Source: a virus
Taxonomy: Duplodnaviria > Caudoviricetes
DNA: 45,505 nucleotides
Direction: 5' to 3' (one strand)
Virus record (IMG/VR): IMGVR_UViG_3300046779_000327
Location: 1 to 45,505 of that record
The notes under the pieces were generated by a model, which saw only the letters and a program-made list of their open reading frames with translations, was not told the origin of the DNA and did no database searches. The number at the start of each line of letters is the position of its first letter. Within the stretch, counting starts at the first letter, position 1. Both the position numbers and the translations under genes were made by a program. Shown one piece after another: positions 1-9,659 of this stretch.

Positions 1-2
1 GT

Positions 3-74
3 GGCACTTATATTGCACCAGCAGAGTCGATGGTATCAGGTGATTATGGTTGGTTTGGAAAAACTAGCGTTTAA
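3..74 (+). CDS. 3' end of capsid decoration protein (partial; paralog of 34815..35108)
   Basis: Reads GTYIAPAESMVSGDYGWFGKTSV*, compared with GTYLSGASMASGDYGWFSKASV* in copy B. Confidence 0.85.
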   Translation, partial: GTYIAPAESMVSGDYGWFGKTSV

Positions 75-96
75 TCAAAAATTGTAGTAAAAACAA

Positions 97-137
97 GGGG
101 CTATCTCGTAATGGGGTAGCCCTTTTTTCTTTTTTTT
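97..137 (+). terminator. Rho-independent terminator after the capsid/decoration genes
   Basis: GGGCTATCTC-gtaat-GGGGTAGCCC stem followed by a long T tract; an equivalent stem lies at 35131. Confidence 0.85.
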
Positions 138-171
138 AACCGCAGTATCCTAACCACTTGGGAGTTTTAAA

Positions 172-819
172 ATGGCAATAGAAAGCGATGTGCAAGACGC
201 AGATTCTCGTTTGGCAGTTAAGTTTTATAAGCGAGCAGTCAAACTAGAACATGAATCAAACGAAGCAGGCAGACCAATCTACAAAGACTTTGACTTTGTA
301 CGCATCATGGTCGCAGGGGATAATCTAACGGAAATTGATACCTACGCACAGGAAAGCCATAAACAGCGTTTCCCACGCCAATGGCTTCAATACATGGCAA
401 CCCAAGATTCTAGTAGCGAAATCATTGGAACGCCCGTAGAACAATGGCCTTTAATTAGCCAATCCCAAGCGCAAGAACTACGGGGTGTGAAGTTTATGAC
501 CGTAGAATCTATTGCTAACGCTTCTGACCTACAACTACAACGGATTGGGATGATTGCTGGTATGTCGCCCCATGCGTTTAGGGATAAGGCACGGACTTTC
601 CTAAATTTAGCCGAAGAAACCGCAGAAGCAAGTAAACGAGCAGAAGAAATTAACCAATTAAAGCAAGAACTTGCCAAAAAAGACGAGGAAAATGCTAGAA
701 TTAAGGCTGAAACTGATGCGAAGCTGGCCTTAATGCAAGAGCAAATGGCGGCTATACTTGCGGCAGTTGGTGAAAAGAAACCCCGCAAAAAGAAGGCGGA
801 AACCATAGAGGAAGCCTAA
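172..819 (+). CDS. Conserved phage protein with HhH-like motif and C-terminal coiled coil (virion morphogenesis region)
   Basis: 215 aa; ELRGVKFMTVESIANASD motif; paralog at 35196. Confidence 0.7.
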   Translation: MAIESDVQDADSRLAVKFYKRAVKLEHESNEAGRPIYKDFDFVRIMVAGDNLTEIDTYAQESHKQRFPRQWLQYMATQDSSSEIIGTPVEQWPLISQSQAQELRGVKFMTVESIANASDLQLQRIGMIAGMSPHAFRDKARTFLNLAEETAEASKRAEEINQLKQELAKKDEENARIKAETDAKLALMQEQMAAILAAVGEKKPRKKKAETIEEA

Positions 820-822
820 ACT

Positions 823-1740
823 ATGTCATCAACGATGCTCCAACTTATGCAACAGACCACTAGCGAGTTAAACCTTGCTATTCCATCCTATGTTGCGGGT
901 AATACCAGCCAAGATGTTCAGCAAGTTTTAGCCCTGATGAACCGTGTGGGCTACGATTTGGTCAAAGAATACGACTGGCAAGCCTTGGAGTTGGAGTATC
1001 GGTTTTACACCGATGCCGTGACTTTCGTAGGTGATACGGTTAGCGACAACAGTTATAACATTATTGTTACTGGTAACGCCACCGCCCTAAACAGCAACTA
1101 CTCAATTCAAGGCACAGGCATCAACCAAGATACCTATGTGCAAAGCGTGACCTTTAACGGCACGACTTCTACGATTGTGATGAGCCAATTAGCGAGTGGC
1201 ACATACACAGGCGTGACTTTTACCTTTTCACAGACCAAATACGACTTACCGCCTGACTTTGAAACCATTACGGACAATACCCATTGGGATAAAACAAAGC
1301 ATTGGCAGATGTTAGGCCCTGAAGATGCCCAACAATGGCAATGGCTAAAGTCAGGTTATATTTCTACAGGCCCACGCATTAGATGGCGTATTTTGGGTAA
1401 CCAATTTCAGATTTGGCCACCCTACAACACCAAAGAATACTTAGGTTTTGAATACCGCTCAAAAGGATGGGCTAGAAGTGCTACAGGCGCAGTAAAGAAC
1501 AGCTTTACGGCTGATACTGACACAACCATCCTAGACGATACGGTGATGGTTTTAGGTACGAAATTAAAGTATTTCCAAATTAAAGGGTTTGATACTACTG
1601 CGTTGCAACAAGATTATTTCCGCTACCTAAATGTAGCCAAAGCCAACGACAAAGGTTCTGCAACACTTAGTTTTGCCCCATATCCAAGCAAAGTGCTTAT
1701 TGGTTACGCCAATATTCCTGATACTGGTTACGGAACTTAA
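823..1740 (+). CDS. Head-to-tail adaptor (P22 gp4 / T7 gp11-like)
   Basis: Position after the capsid genes and before the hub; helical N-terminus; paralog at 35845. Confidence 0.7.
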   Translation: MSSTMLQLMQQTTSELNLAIPSYVAGNTSQDVQQVLALMNRVGYDLVKEYDWQALELEYRFYTDAVTFVGDTVSDNSYNIIVTGNATALNSNYSIQGTGINQDTYVQSVTFNGTTSTIVMSQLASGTYTGVTFTFSQTKYDLPPDFETITDNTHWDKTKHWQMLGPEDAQQWQWLKSGYISTGPRIRWRILGNQFQIWPPYNTKEYLGFEYRSKGWARSATGAVKNSFTADTDTTILDDTVMVLGTKLKYFQIKGFDTTALQQDYFRYLNVAKANDKGSATLSFAPYPSKVLIGYANIPDTGYGT

Positions 1741-1742
1741 AC

Positions 1743-3512
1743 ATGGCAGTACCACAGCAAAGACGGGCAGTTACCGCTTCCTTGCCAGCCCCGATTGGTG
1801 GTTGGAACGCTAGAGATTCGTTGGCAGAAATGAACCCATTAGATGCGGTTCAAATGGTCAACTTCTTTCCTACGCCTACGGATGTAACTATGCGTAAGGG
1901 CTACACAAAGTCCTCGATTGGCATTACAGGCGCAGTAAACGCCCTAATGAATTACAGCAGCCCAACGGTAAATAAGCTATTTGCTAGTACAGATACCGTA
2001 ATTTATGACGCAAGTACATCAACTGCGACTTCTGCCCTTACAGGCATTACAAGCGGTAAATGGATTCATGCGATTATTACGACTGCGGGTGGCACTTTCA
2101 TGCCTGCTGTCAACGGAACTGACCCAATGGTCGTTTATGATGGTACACGGTGGCAAAAATCAGCTACAACCAACACCGCACAGACCATTTCTACTATTAC
2201 TAGGGGTGGTACAGGCAATTTAACTGCCACTTTAACGACTGCATCGGCTCATAACCTTGTTACAGGCAACACAATTACCGTAGCTGGGGCAATTCCAGCC
2301 GAATTTAACGGCACTTATCGTATTACAGTCACAGGCGCAACGACTTTAACCTATGTAATGGCTACCGCACCAAGCGGAGATGCCACAACAGTAGGCACTT
2401 ACACCATTGATTATTACATTTTGGGGTTAAATTCCAACCTATTTGCTACGGTCAACCTATTTAAAGAGCGTTTGTACTTTGTAGAAAAGAATAGTTTGTC
2501 TTTTTGGTACTTACCCGTAGATAGTATTAGCGGTACGGTCACCGAATTTCCACTTGGGGGCATATTTAAAAAGGGTGGATACCTACAAGCGATGGGAACA
2601 TGGACTATTGACGCTGGTTACGGTGTTGATGACCTAGCCGTATTTGCTACAAGCAACGGAGAAGTCGCTGTTTATAAGGGTTCTGACCCATCCGACCCTA
2701 ATGATTGGTCATTGGTTGGTCTTTGGAACATTGGACAGACCTTTAGCCGTAAATGTATGTTTAAGTATGGCGGTGACATACTGATTTTGACGGAAGATGG
2801 TCTAGTGCCGCTATCGGCAGGCTTACAATCCACCCGTTTAGACCCCCGTGTCAACATTACTGACAAGATTTTCTACGCAATTAGCCAAGCTGCTGACCTT
2901 TATGCCAATAACTTTGGTTGGCAAATGACTTACTTTGCTAAAGTCAATATGCTAATTGTAAATATCCCAGTTACAGGGGGTTCTGAACAATATGTCATGC
3001 ACAACATTACAAAATCGTGGGGGCGGTTTACCAATGTCAACGCAAACTGCTGGGAATTAAGCGGTGATGACATTTATTTTGGTGGAAACGGCTTTGTTGG
3101 CAAGTTTTACGATACTTTTGCCGATGCAGGCACAAACATCAAGGCTTTTGTGCAACAAGCCTACTCTTACTTTGATTCTAGGGGTCAGCAAAAGCGATTT
3201 ACCATGGTTCGCCCCATATTACAGACCGATAATGGACTTCCTACGGTGCTTTGTGGGCTTTCGGTGGACTTTGAAACCGTTGATTTGACTAGCCAAATCT
3301 CGTTTAACCCCGCCATTTTAAGTATTGGCGAATGGGATTTAGACACATGGGATAACGCTAACTGGGGTGGTGGATTAACCACGACTAAGATATGGCAAGG
3401 CGTTACAGGGCTAGGTTATGCGGGTTCGGTCAGTATGAATGTGGTATCGCAAGGTATTGAGTTTCATTGGGCATCAACCGATTTTGTTATGGAACGAGGG
3501 GGAGTGCTGTAG
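1743..3512 (+). CDS. Tail hub/nozzle (P22 gp10-like DNA stabilization protein) with an inserted FCCH-like beta domain
   Basis: 589 aa, beta-propeller-like; PAPIGGWN start; Thr-rich insert TASAHNLVTGNTITVAG...FNGTY. Confidence 0.75.
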   Translation: MAVPQQRRAVTASLPAPIGGWNARDSLAEMNPLDAVQMVNFFPTPTDVTMRKGYTKSSIGITGAVNALMNYSSPTVNKLFASTDTVIYDASTSTATSALTGITSGKWIHAIITTAGGTFMPAVNGTDPMVVYDGTRWQKSATTNTAQTISTITRGGTGNLTATLTTASAHNLVTGNTITVAGAIPAEFNGTYRITVTGATTLTYVMATAPSGDATTVGTYTIDYYILGLNSNLFATVNLFKERLYFVEKNSLSFWYLPVDSISGTVTEFPLGGIFKKGGYLQAMGTWTIDAGYGVDDLAVFATSNGEVAVYKGSDPSDPNDWSLVGLWNIGQTFSRKCMFKYGGDILILTEDGLVPLSAGLQSTRLDPRVNITDKIFYAISQAADLYANNFGWQMTYFAKVNMLIVNIPVTGGSEQYVMHNITKSWGRFTNVNANCWELSGDDIYFGGNGFVGKFYDTFADAGTNIKAFVQQAYSYFDSRGQQKRFTMVRPILQTDNGLPTVLCGLSVDFETVDLTSQISFNPAILSIGEWDLDTWDNANWGGGLTTTKIWQGVTGLGYAGSVSMNVVSQGIEFHWASTDFVMERGGVL

Positions 3513-3965
3513 ATGTTATGTTCTGCTAATACGCCTGATTTACGAAATTTAGGGATGCAGATATTACAAAAAGAGATTGGAGTTCAACCTTGTGGTGATT
3601 TTCAGGCAATATTTTGGGTTGGAGAAGGTAATAAAATTGAATGGGTAGTAGGTTACACAGCGTTTATAGGAAAAACTTGCCAAATGCACATGGTCAACTT
3701 GAGGGGTGGATATACACCAAAACTCTTGTTAAAATCAGCATTTGAATACCCCTTTAATTACTGTGACTTACAAAAGGTTTTTGGAATTGTTAATAGCAAA
3801 AACACAAAAGCTATGGAATATGACCAAAAACTAGGCTTTAAAGAGGTTATTCGGTTTATTGGTGTGCATGATGAAGGTGGCGATATTGTCGTTTTAGAGA
3901 TGAATAAAGCCGATTGTCGCTGGATTAAGGAACGCAAACATGAGCATATTACGAAGCAAACATAG
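3513..3965 (+). CDS. GNAT-family acetyltransferase (P22 gp14 / T7 gp13-like)
   Basis: NTKAMEYDQKLGFKE GNAT motif B; lies directly upstream of the first ejection protein. Confidence 0.8.
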   Translation: MLCSANTPDLRNLGMQILQKEIGVQPCGDFQAIFWVGEGNKIEWVVGYTAFIGKTCQMHMVNLRGGYTPKLLLKSAFEYPFNYCDLQKVFGIVNSKNTKAMEYDQKLGFKEVIRFIGVHDEGGDIVVLEMNKADCRWIKERKHEHITKQT

Positions 3966-5043
3966 TGGCTGGACTTGGGAAGGCAGACGCACACCGCATG
4001 GTGGCGGTAAAGGTAGTGCGCCACCGCCCCCTGATTATCGTCAAGCAGCGATTGAAACCGCTCAAGGTAACCTAGATGCCGCTCGTACTGCTGTAGCCGC
4101 TAATCGTGTAAATCAATATACCCCTTATGGCTCGTTAGAATACAAAATTAACCCTGAATCACAATGGGATATTTACGGTAATCCTACTTGGTCGGCTATA
4201 CAGTCATTAAGCCCTGCCCAACAACAACTTCTTGATTATCAAAACCAAGCCAGTATTGGTTTGGGTAAATTAGCTGGTCAAGGATTGGGTTATGTTGAAA
4301 ATATGTTGGCTACCCCGTTTAATACGGCAGCTTTACCAAGCACAGGCTTTAATCCTAGTCAGACTTACCAAGAAGCATATATGCAACGCCTTGCACCACA
4401 ATTACAGCAAGGGCGTGAGCAATTACAGCAACAATTAGCCAACAAAGGTATTGACATTGGCTCAGAAGCCTATGACCGTGCCATGATGCAACAAGCCCAG
4501 CGTGAGAATGACTTATTGGCTGCCGCTACTACACAAGGCTTTGGTGTTGGTCAACAAGCCCGTCAAACTGCTTTACAAGAACAAGCCTATTTGCGTAATG
4601 AGCCACTTAATACTTTATCTGCGGTTCGTACAGGCGCACAAGTGCAAGGCCCACAATTTGTTAATTCTGCCCAACAAGCAACTACGAGCGGCCCTGATTT
4701 ATTGGGTGCTGCACAAATGGGTTACAACGCTCAAATGGGTGCTTATAACGCTCAACAGGCGGGTCAAAATAACTTGACTAGCGGATTAATGGGGTTAGCG
4801 GGTACTGGAATGATGATGATGTGTGACCCACGCACCAAAGAAAACATTAAAGCGGTTGGCGTATTAGAAAACGGCTTGACCCTATATAGCTTTGAATACA
4901 AAGACGAATTTAAAGACCGTGAATACGCTGGTCATGGCGTTCATGTAGGTGTTATGGCTGACGAAGTAGAACAAGTTTACCCATTTGCAGTTAAAACCCT
5001 TGATGACGGCTATAAAGTCGTAGATTACGGACTAATACCATGA
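3940..5043 (+). CDS. DNA ejection (pilot) protein, P22 gp7-like, with C-terminal peptidase S74 intramolecular chaperone domain
   Basis: 20-aa leader followed by GGGKG; Q/A/G-rich body; CDPRTKENI...GVMADEVEQVYPFAV...GYKVVDY at 4822-5043. Confidence 0.8.
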   Translation: MSILRSKHSGWTWEGRRTPHGGGKGSAPPPPDYRQAAIETAQGNLDAARTAVAANRVNQYTPYGSLEYKINPESQWDIYGNPTWSAIQSLSPAQQQLLDYQNQASIGLGKLAGQGLGYVENMLATPFNTAALPSTGFNPSQTYQEAYMQRLAPQLQQGREQLQQQLANKGIDIGSEAYDRAMMQQAQRENDLLAAATTQGFGVGQQARQTALQEQAYLRNEPLNTLSAVRTGAQVQGPQFVNSAQQATTSGPDLLGAAQMGYNAQMGAYNAQQAGQNNLTSGLMGLAGTGMMMMCDPRTKENIKAVGVLENGLTLYSFEYKDEFKDREYAGHGVHVGVMADEVEQVYPFAVKTLDDGYKVVDYGLIP

Positions 5044-5378
5044 TGCCATACAACCCATACGCTATGAACCCATACATCATGCAACAACAACAGCCTGATA
5101 TTGGTGGGTTATCGCCCGTGTTTCAAAACATTGGTCAACAACAAGCTACCCAAAATGCTGCACTTGCACAACAAAACCAACTGGTTAATCAAGCAAGTCA
5201 AGTGGGTGGTAGCGGTAGTGGCATGAATCCTATGATGATGGCAGCTATGTTGCGTAAAGACCAAGGCACAAATCCTTATCTTGGAGCGGCTAAAGCTATG
5301 TTGCAATACGGCCCTGAAAATGTTTATGGCTATGGCGGTCAAGGTCAAGTGCCAACAACGACTACTGGAATGGACTAA
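5040..5378 (+). CDS. Small Q/M/G-rich internal virion protein
   Basis: Composition and ATGA coupling; positional counterpart of 40550..40918. Confidence 0.6.
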   Translation: MMPYNPYAMNPYIMQQQQPDIGGLSPVFQNIGQQQATQNAALAQQNQLVNQASQVGGSGSGMNPMMMAAMLRKDQGTNPYLGAAKAMLQYGPENVYGYGGQGQVPTTTTGMD

Positions 5379-5380
5379 TT

Positions 5381-6532
5381 ATGGCTAACGGATTCTTGCC
5401 TACAAACACAGGGATTGGAACAATTCCACCTGAGTTATATGCTCAACAACAGCAGTTAAACCGCCAACAGCAAATGGCAAACTTGTTGATGCAACAAGGA
5501 ATGACCCAACCACAAGGCCAAATGGTAAGTGGTCAATATGTTAGACCTAGTATTTTTCAGCAACTTAATCCATTGGCTCAACTATATGTTGGGCAAAGAA
5601 TTTCAAGTAAAGCTGATAAAGAACTAGAACAACAATACAAAAATATAGAAGCAGAAAGAAAAGCCGAATCTGAGCGTTTGGCAAAAGCTTTGCGTGGTCA
5701 AGAAACTGTTACAGAAATGGCAGGGCCTTACGGTGCAGGAGTTGGAGCGGGCGGTGCTAATGTACCAATGCCTACAGCAACGATGCAAGGACAGCCCGAT
5801 TACAGAGGTGCTGTTGAAGCAATTATGCAAAATCGTTACGGAACAGGCCGTGAACTGATACCAACATTGATGAATAGAGCATATCCTGAGCCTAAAAAGC
5901 CTATGGTTGTTGCCCCCGGTGGTGCATTGGTTACTGAAAGCGGTCAAGAACTTTATAAAGCCCCATTTAAACCTGAAGCTGGTACAGGCGTTGGCGAAGA
6001 AGGTGGCTATACCAAAAAAGGCGATTGGATTACGCCTAACGGTGTACCAATTTTTAGAACTGAAGTAGCAAAAGACCGAGAAATTGCCTTTACAGCAGAC
6101 CAAGTTCGTCAAGGTTTAAAAGAAATTAAACCTGAAGATGTTAAAAAGGCTACATCTATATTTGGTAGCGTAACTGGTTCAGGCCCAATTAATTATTTAG
6201 TGCAACGAAGTGGCAATGAAGCGGTATCTGCACAAGCCAAAATTAATGCTAGTGCAGTTATGCAAATTCTACAAAATTTACCGCCCGGCCCTGCTTCTGA
6301 TAAAGATATTGAAAATGCTCGTAGCACATTCCCCGGATATGGAAATGAAAAAGCATTAAATGATTGGATTAAAAATACAAGAGAAACTCTTGATAGAAAA
6401 ATTAATTCTCTTAACCAAAAATATGGTAGCGAAACTTGGTATGGTAATACTGGAGTTACAACAAAACCACAGACAGGACAAAGTGGTGGTAGTGGTGTAG
6501 TTGACTTTAACGCTTTGCCACAAAGGAAATAA
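5381..6532 (+). CDS. DNA ejection protein (P22 gp20-position)
   Basis: Helical and Q-rich; PQGQMVSGQYVRPS motif shared with the 40920 protein. Confidence 0.65.
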   Translation: MANGFLPTNTGIGTIPPELYAQQQQLNRQQQMANLLMQQGMTQPQGQMVSGQYVRPSIFQQLNPLAQLYVGQRISSKADKELEQQYKNIEAERKAESERLAKALRGQETVTEMAGPYGAGVGAGGANVPMPTATMQGQPDYRGAVEAIMQNRYGTGRELIPTLMNRAYPEPKKPMVVAPGGALVTESGQELYKAPFKPEAGTGVGEEGGYTKKGDWITPNGVPIFRTEVAKDREIAFTADQVRQGLKEIKPEDVKKATSIFGSVTGSGPINYLVQRSGNEAVSAQAKINASAVMQILQNLPPGPASDKDIENARSTFPGYGNEKALNDWIKNTRETLDRKINSLNQKYGSETWYGNTGVTTKPQTGQSGGSGVVDFNALPQRK

Positions 6533-6534
6533 GC

Positions 6535-8388
6535 ATGGATGTGCGGATGCCTGATGGTACGATTGTTAGAAATGTACCCAACAATGTAACGCAAGAAGAT
6601 TTATTGGCTCGTTATGATGCTTTTAAATCTGATAAGCGTGGCAACATCATTAATACGGATGTGCCTACTGTTGTTGGTCAGGTAGCAAACCCACCAGTAA
6701 CTGAAGAACCTAAACGCACTATGATGGATAGGGTAAAAGCCCTATATGAAGTGCCATTGACCGTTGGTTCTGCTGCGGTTGCAGGCCCTGTAAGTTCTGC
6801 ATACGGTCTATTTAAATCCGCAACAAGTCCTGAGTTTGGCACACAACAAGGGGTACAAGTAGGTCAACAAGCCCAAAGCGATTTGGCTAAACGGATGACT
6901 TACACACCTACAAGCCCTGTAGCCCAAGAGTTTTTGCAAGATGTTAGCCAAGTAGCGGAAGCTGCTAAATTACCCCCAATTATTCCAACGACAGGCATGA
7001 TTCCTAGTTATGCTCGTATGGCTCAAGCGGCTACCCCACAAATTCGTGAGGGCGTTCAAACAATGCCCCAAATGCTACGCAGACAACCACAATCTACTAT
7101 GGCGGGTGTTGGTTCTGCGGTTACACCCGAAGAAGTAAGTCGTGTACAAATGGCTCAACAGTTGCGTGTGCCTGTGCCTTTAAGTAAAGGTCAAGCAACC
7201 CGTGATTTGGCACAACAGCAGTTTGAAATTGAAACAGCTAAAAATTACCCTGAAACTGTTGGCAAACCATTGATTAAAGCCCAAGCTGACCGCAATGACG
7301 CTATTTTGCAAAATTTTGACGCTTTTATTGATGACATTGGTAAACAAACATTTGGTTTAGAGCCTACTGGTCGTGTAGTTGTTGAAGCTTTAAACAAAGA
7401 TGCTCAAAGAGCAAAAGCTAAAATTAACGAAACTTACAAATTAGCAAGAGAACAAGGCGAAACAGAACAGCCAGTCACTTATGCACCATTACGGACATTT
7501 ATTGAGGAACAAACACCTACAGTTAGGTCTAAGATTGCCCCTGTATTGGATGTTGTAAACGAGCAATTAAGCAAAAATGACCCTAAAGGAACTGGGCAAA
7601 TTACGATTAATGCGTTAGAGGATATTTACGCCCTTATTAATAAGATGTATGAGCCGGGAACCCCTAATGCAACTTATGGTCGTGATTTGCGTAACATTAT
7701 TAACACAATTACCGAAGGTCAAGGCGGCAAGTTATACCAAGAAGCCCGTAGTTTGCGTCAAGAATACGCCAAAAACTTTGAAAACATTGGCGCAGTTGAT
7801 AGGTTGTTGCGTACTAAGCCTAACTCAACCGACCGTTTAGTAGCATTTGAGGATGTATTCCAAAAATCCATCATTAACGGCTCGTTAGATGATGTTAAAA
7901 ACTTAGGAATTGCGCTAGACCGTAGTGGCCCACAAGGAAAACAAGCATTTAAAGAATTACAAGGTCAAACCATTGAGTATTTAAAAGACCAAGTAACTAA
8001 GTCGATTGATACTGACATTTACGGAAACCCTGTGGTTTCACCCGCTAAGTTTAAATCTGCGGTTCGTTTGTTAGACCAAGACGGCAAACTTGACTATTTG
8101 TTTGGCAAAAAAGGCGCACAAGAAATTCGTGATTTGATGGAAACCACGATTTTGGTTAATGCCCCATTAAAAGGTGCTGCCAACTACTCTAATACTTCTA
8201 GTGCGCTTATTCGTGCTTTAGACCGTGTTGGCGTAGGTTTGTTAGGTAAAATTCCATTAATCGGCCCTGCTACTGAGTACAGCTTTGAAAAGCTAAAGCA
8301 ACGCCAAATGAAAAAGCAAGTTAAAGAATCCATTAATTATTCGCCAATAAAAATGGCTGAAGAATTGAAAAAAGGAAGCAAAAAATGA
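6535..8388 (+). CDS. Large DNA ejection protein (P22 gp16-position)
   Basis: 617 aa, helical; MDVRMPDGTIVRNVP N-terminus; last gene before the tail fibre. Confidence 0.65.
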   Translation: MDVRMPDGTIVRNVPNNVTQEDLLARYDAFKSDKRGNIINTDVPTVVGQVANPPVTEEPKRTMMDRVKALYEVPLTVGSAAVAGPVSSAYGLFKSATSPEFGTQQGVQVGQQAQSDLAKRMTYTPTSPVAQEFLQDVSQVAEAAKLPPIIPTTGMIPSYARMAQAATPQIREGVQTMPQMLRRQPQSTMAGVGSAVTPEEVSRVQMAQQLRVPVPLSKGQATRDLAQQQFEIETAKNYPETVGKPLIKAQADRNDAILQNFDAFIDDIGKQTFGLEPTGRVVVEALNKDAQRAKAKINETYKLAREQGETEQPVTYAPLRTFIEEQTPTVRSKIAPVLDVVNEQLSKNDPKGTGQITINALEDIYALINKMYEPGTPNATYGRDLRNIINTITEGQGGKLYQEARSLRQEYAKNFENIGAVDRLLRTKPNSTDRLVAFEDVFQKSIINGSLDDVKNLGIALDRSGPQGKQAFKELQGQTIEYLKDQVTKSIDTDIYGNPVVSPAKFKSAVRLLDQDGKLDYLFGKKGAQEIRDLMETTILVNAPLKGAANYSNTSSALIRALDRVGVGLLGKIPLIGPATEYSFEKLKQRQMKKQVKESINYSPIKMAEELKKGSKK

Positions 8389-9020
8389 GTAGAAACGGGT
8401 CAGGCGTATATTCACTTCCTGCGGGTAATCCCGTAGTTACAGGCACAACCATATCTAGCACATGGGCTAATAACACCATGAACGACTTGGCTTCTGCCCT
8501 TACCGATTCGGTAGCCGCAGACGGTCAAACCCCAATGACGGGTAACTTAGATTTAAATAGTCATAAAGTTGTCAATTTATTGGCTGGTAATGTGGCTGGT
8601 GACGCTGTTGAATATACCCAAGCCACATCAAATGTGGCTATTACTGGTGGCACTATTGCTGGTGTAACGGGTTCATTTACAACCTTAACCGCATCAGGCG
8701 CAGTAAGTTTTACTGGTACTGGTGTGATGTTAATTCCTAAAGGTACGACCGCACAAAGACCATTAAGCCCTGCTAACGGTGAGATGCGTTATAACACCGA
8801 TACAGGACAGTTTGAAGGCTACCAAGGCGGTGCATGGGGTCAATTAGGTGGTGGTGCTACAGGTGGTGGCGGTGATGAAGTGTTTGTTGAAAACAGTACG
8901 ACTGTTACCACTTCATACACATTAACTACAGGCAAGAACGCATCATCTGTTGGGCCAATCACCATTAATTCGGGTGCTACAGTTACCGTTCCTAGCGGTC
9001 AGAGATGGGTGGTATTGTAA
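8385..9020 (+). CDS. Proximal tail fibre / fibre adaptor
   Basis: MSRNGSGVYSLPAGNPVVTGTTISSTWAN head-binding N-terminus; C-terminal GPITINSGATVTVPSGQRWVVL. Confidence 0.75.
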   Translation: MSRNGSGVYSLPAGNPVVTGTTISSTWANNTMNDLASALTDSVAADGQTPMTGNLDLNSHKVVNLLAGNVAGDAVEYTQATSNVAITGGTIAGVTGSFTTLTASGAVSFTGTGVMLIPKGTTAQRPLSPANGEMRYNTDTGQFEGYQGGAWGQLGGGATGGGGDEVFVENSTTVTTSYTLTTGKNASSVGPITINSGATVTVPSGQRWVVL

Positions 9021-9056
9021 GATGAAAACCACTAAAATAATCAAAAGGAGTAAATA

Positions 9057-9659
9057 ATGTCTATTGTCTTACAAGGCTCAACTTCAGGTAGCGTTACATT
9101 ACAAGAACCAGCCATTGCTGGTACTACTGTATTGACCTTACCAGCCGTATCAGGAACTGTTTTAACCACAGGCTCAAGCGGTCAGTCTATTCCTAAAGCC
9201 GCATTACCTACTGGTTCTGTGTTGCAAGTGGTTCAAACAACTAAAACGGATACATTTTCCACTTCAAGCACAAGTAAAACAGATATTACTGGTATGAGTG
9301 TTTCTATTACTCCAACAAGTGCCACAAGCAAAATATTAATTTTGGCAACTATAAATTATGGTGGAAATGACTTTAACTTTTATTGTGATTTACTTAGGGG
9401 CTCAACCGTTTTGAACGCACCAGCAAGCGGAGTTAATCCTTGCACTATTGCACTTTGCGGTATTACAAATACAACTTATCAAATATTAGAAGGCACGATT
9501 AGTTTTTTAGATAGTCCAGCAACAACTTCTTCTACTACTTACAAACTACAAATTGCCTGTCAATCAGGCGGAACATTTTATTTAAATAGAAGCGCTAGAA
9601 ATGGTTCAAATGATTCTGTTTGTAGTTCAACTATTACAGTCATGGAGATAGCGGCATGA
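9057..9659 (+). CDS. Short tail fibre / receptor-binding protein 1
   Basis: Ser/Thr-rich; GSVLQVV...SITPTSATSKIL...DSPATTSSTTY; AAGGAG RBS. Confidence 0.7.
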   Translation: MSIVLQGSTSGSVTLQEPAIAGTTVLTLPAVSGTVLTTGSSGQSIPKAALPTGSVLQVVQTTKTDTFSTSSTSKTDITGMSVSITPTSATSKILILATINYGGNDFNFYCDLLRGSTVLNAPASGVNPCTIALCGITNTTYQILEGTISFLDSPATTSSTTYKLQIACQSGGTFYLNRSARNGSNDSVCSSTITVMEIAA

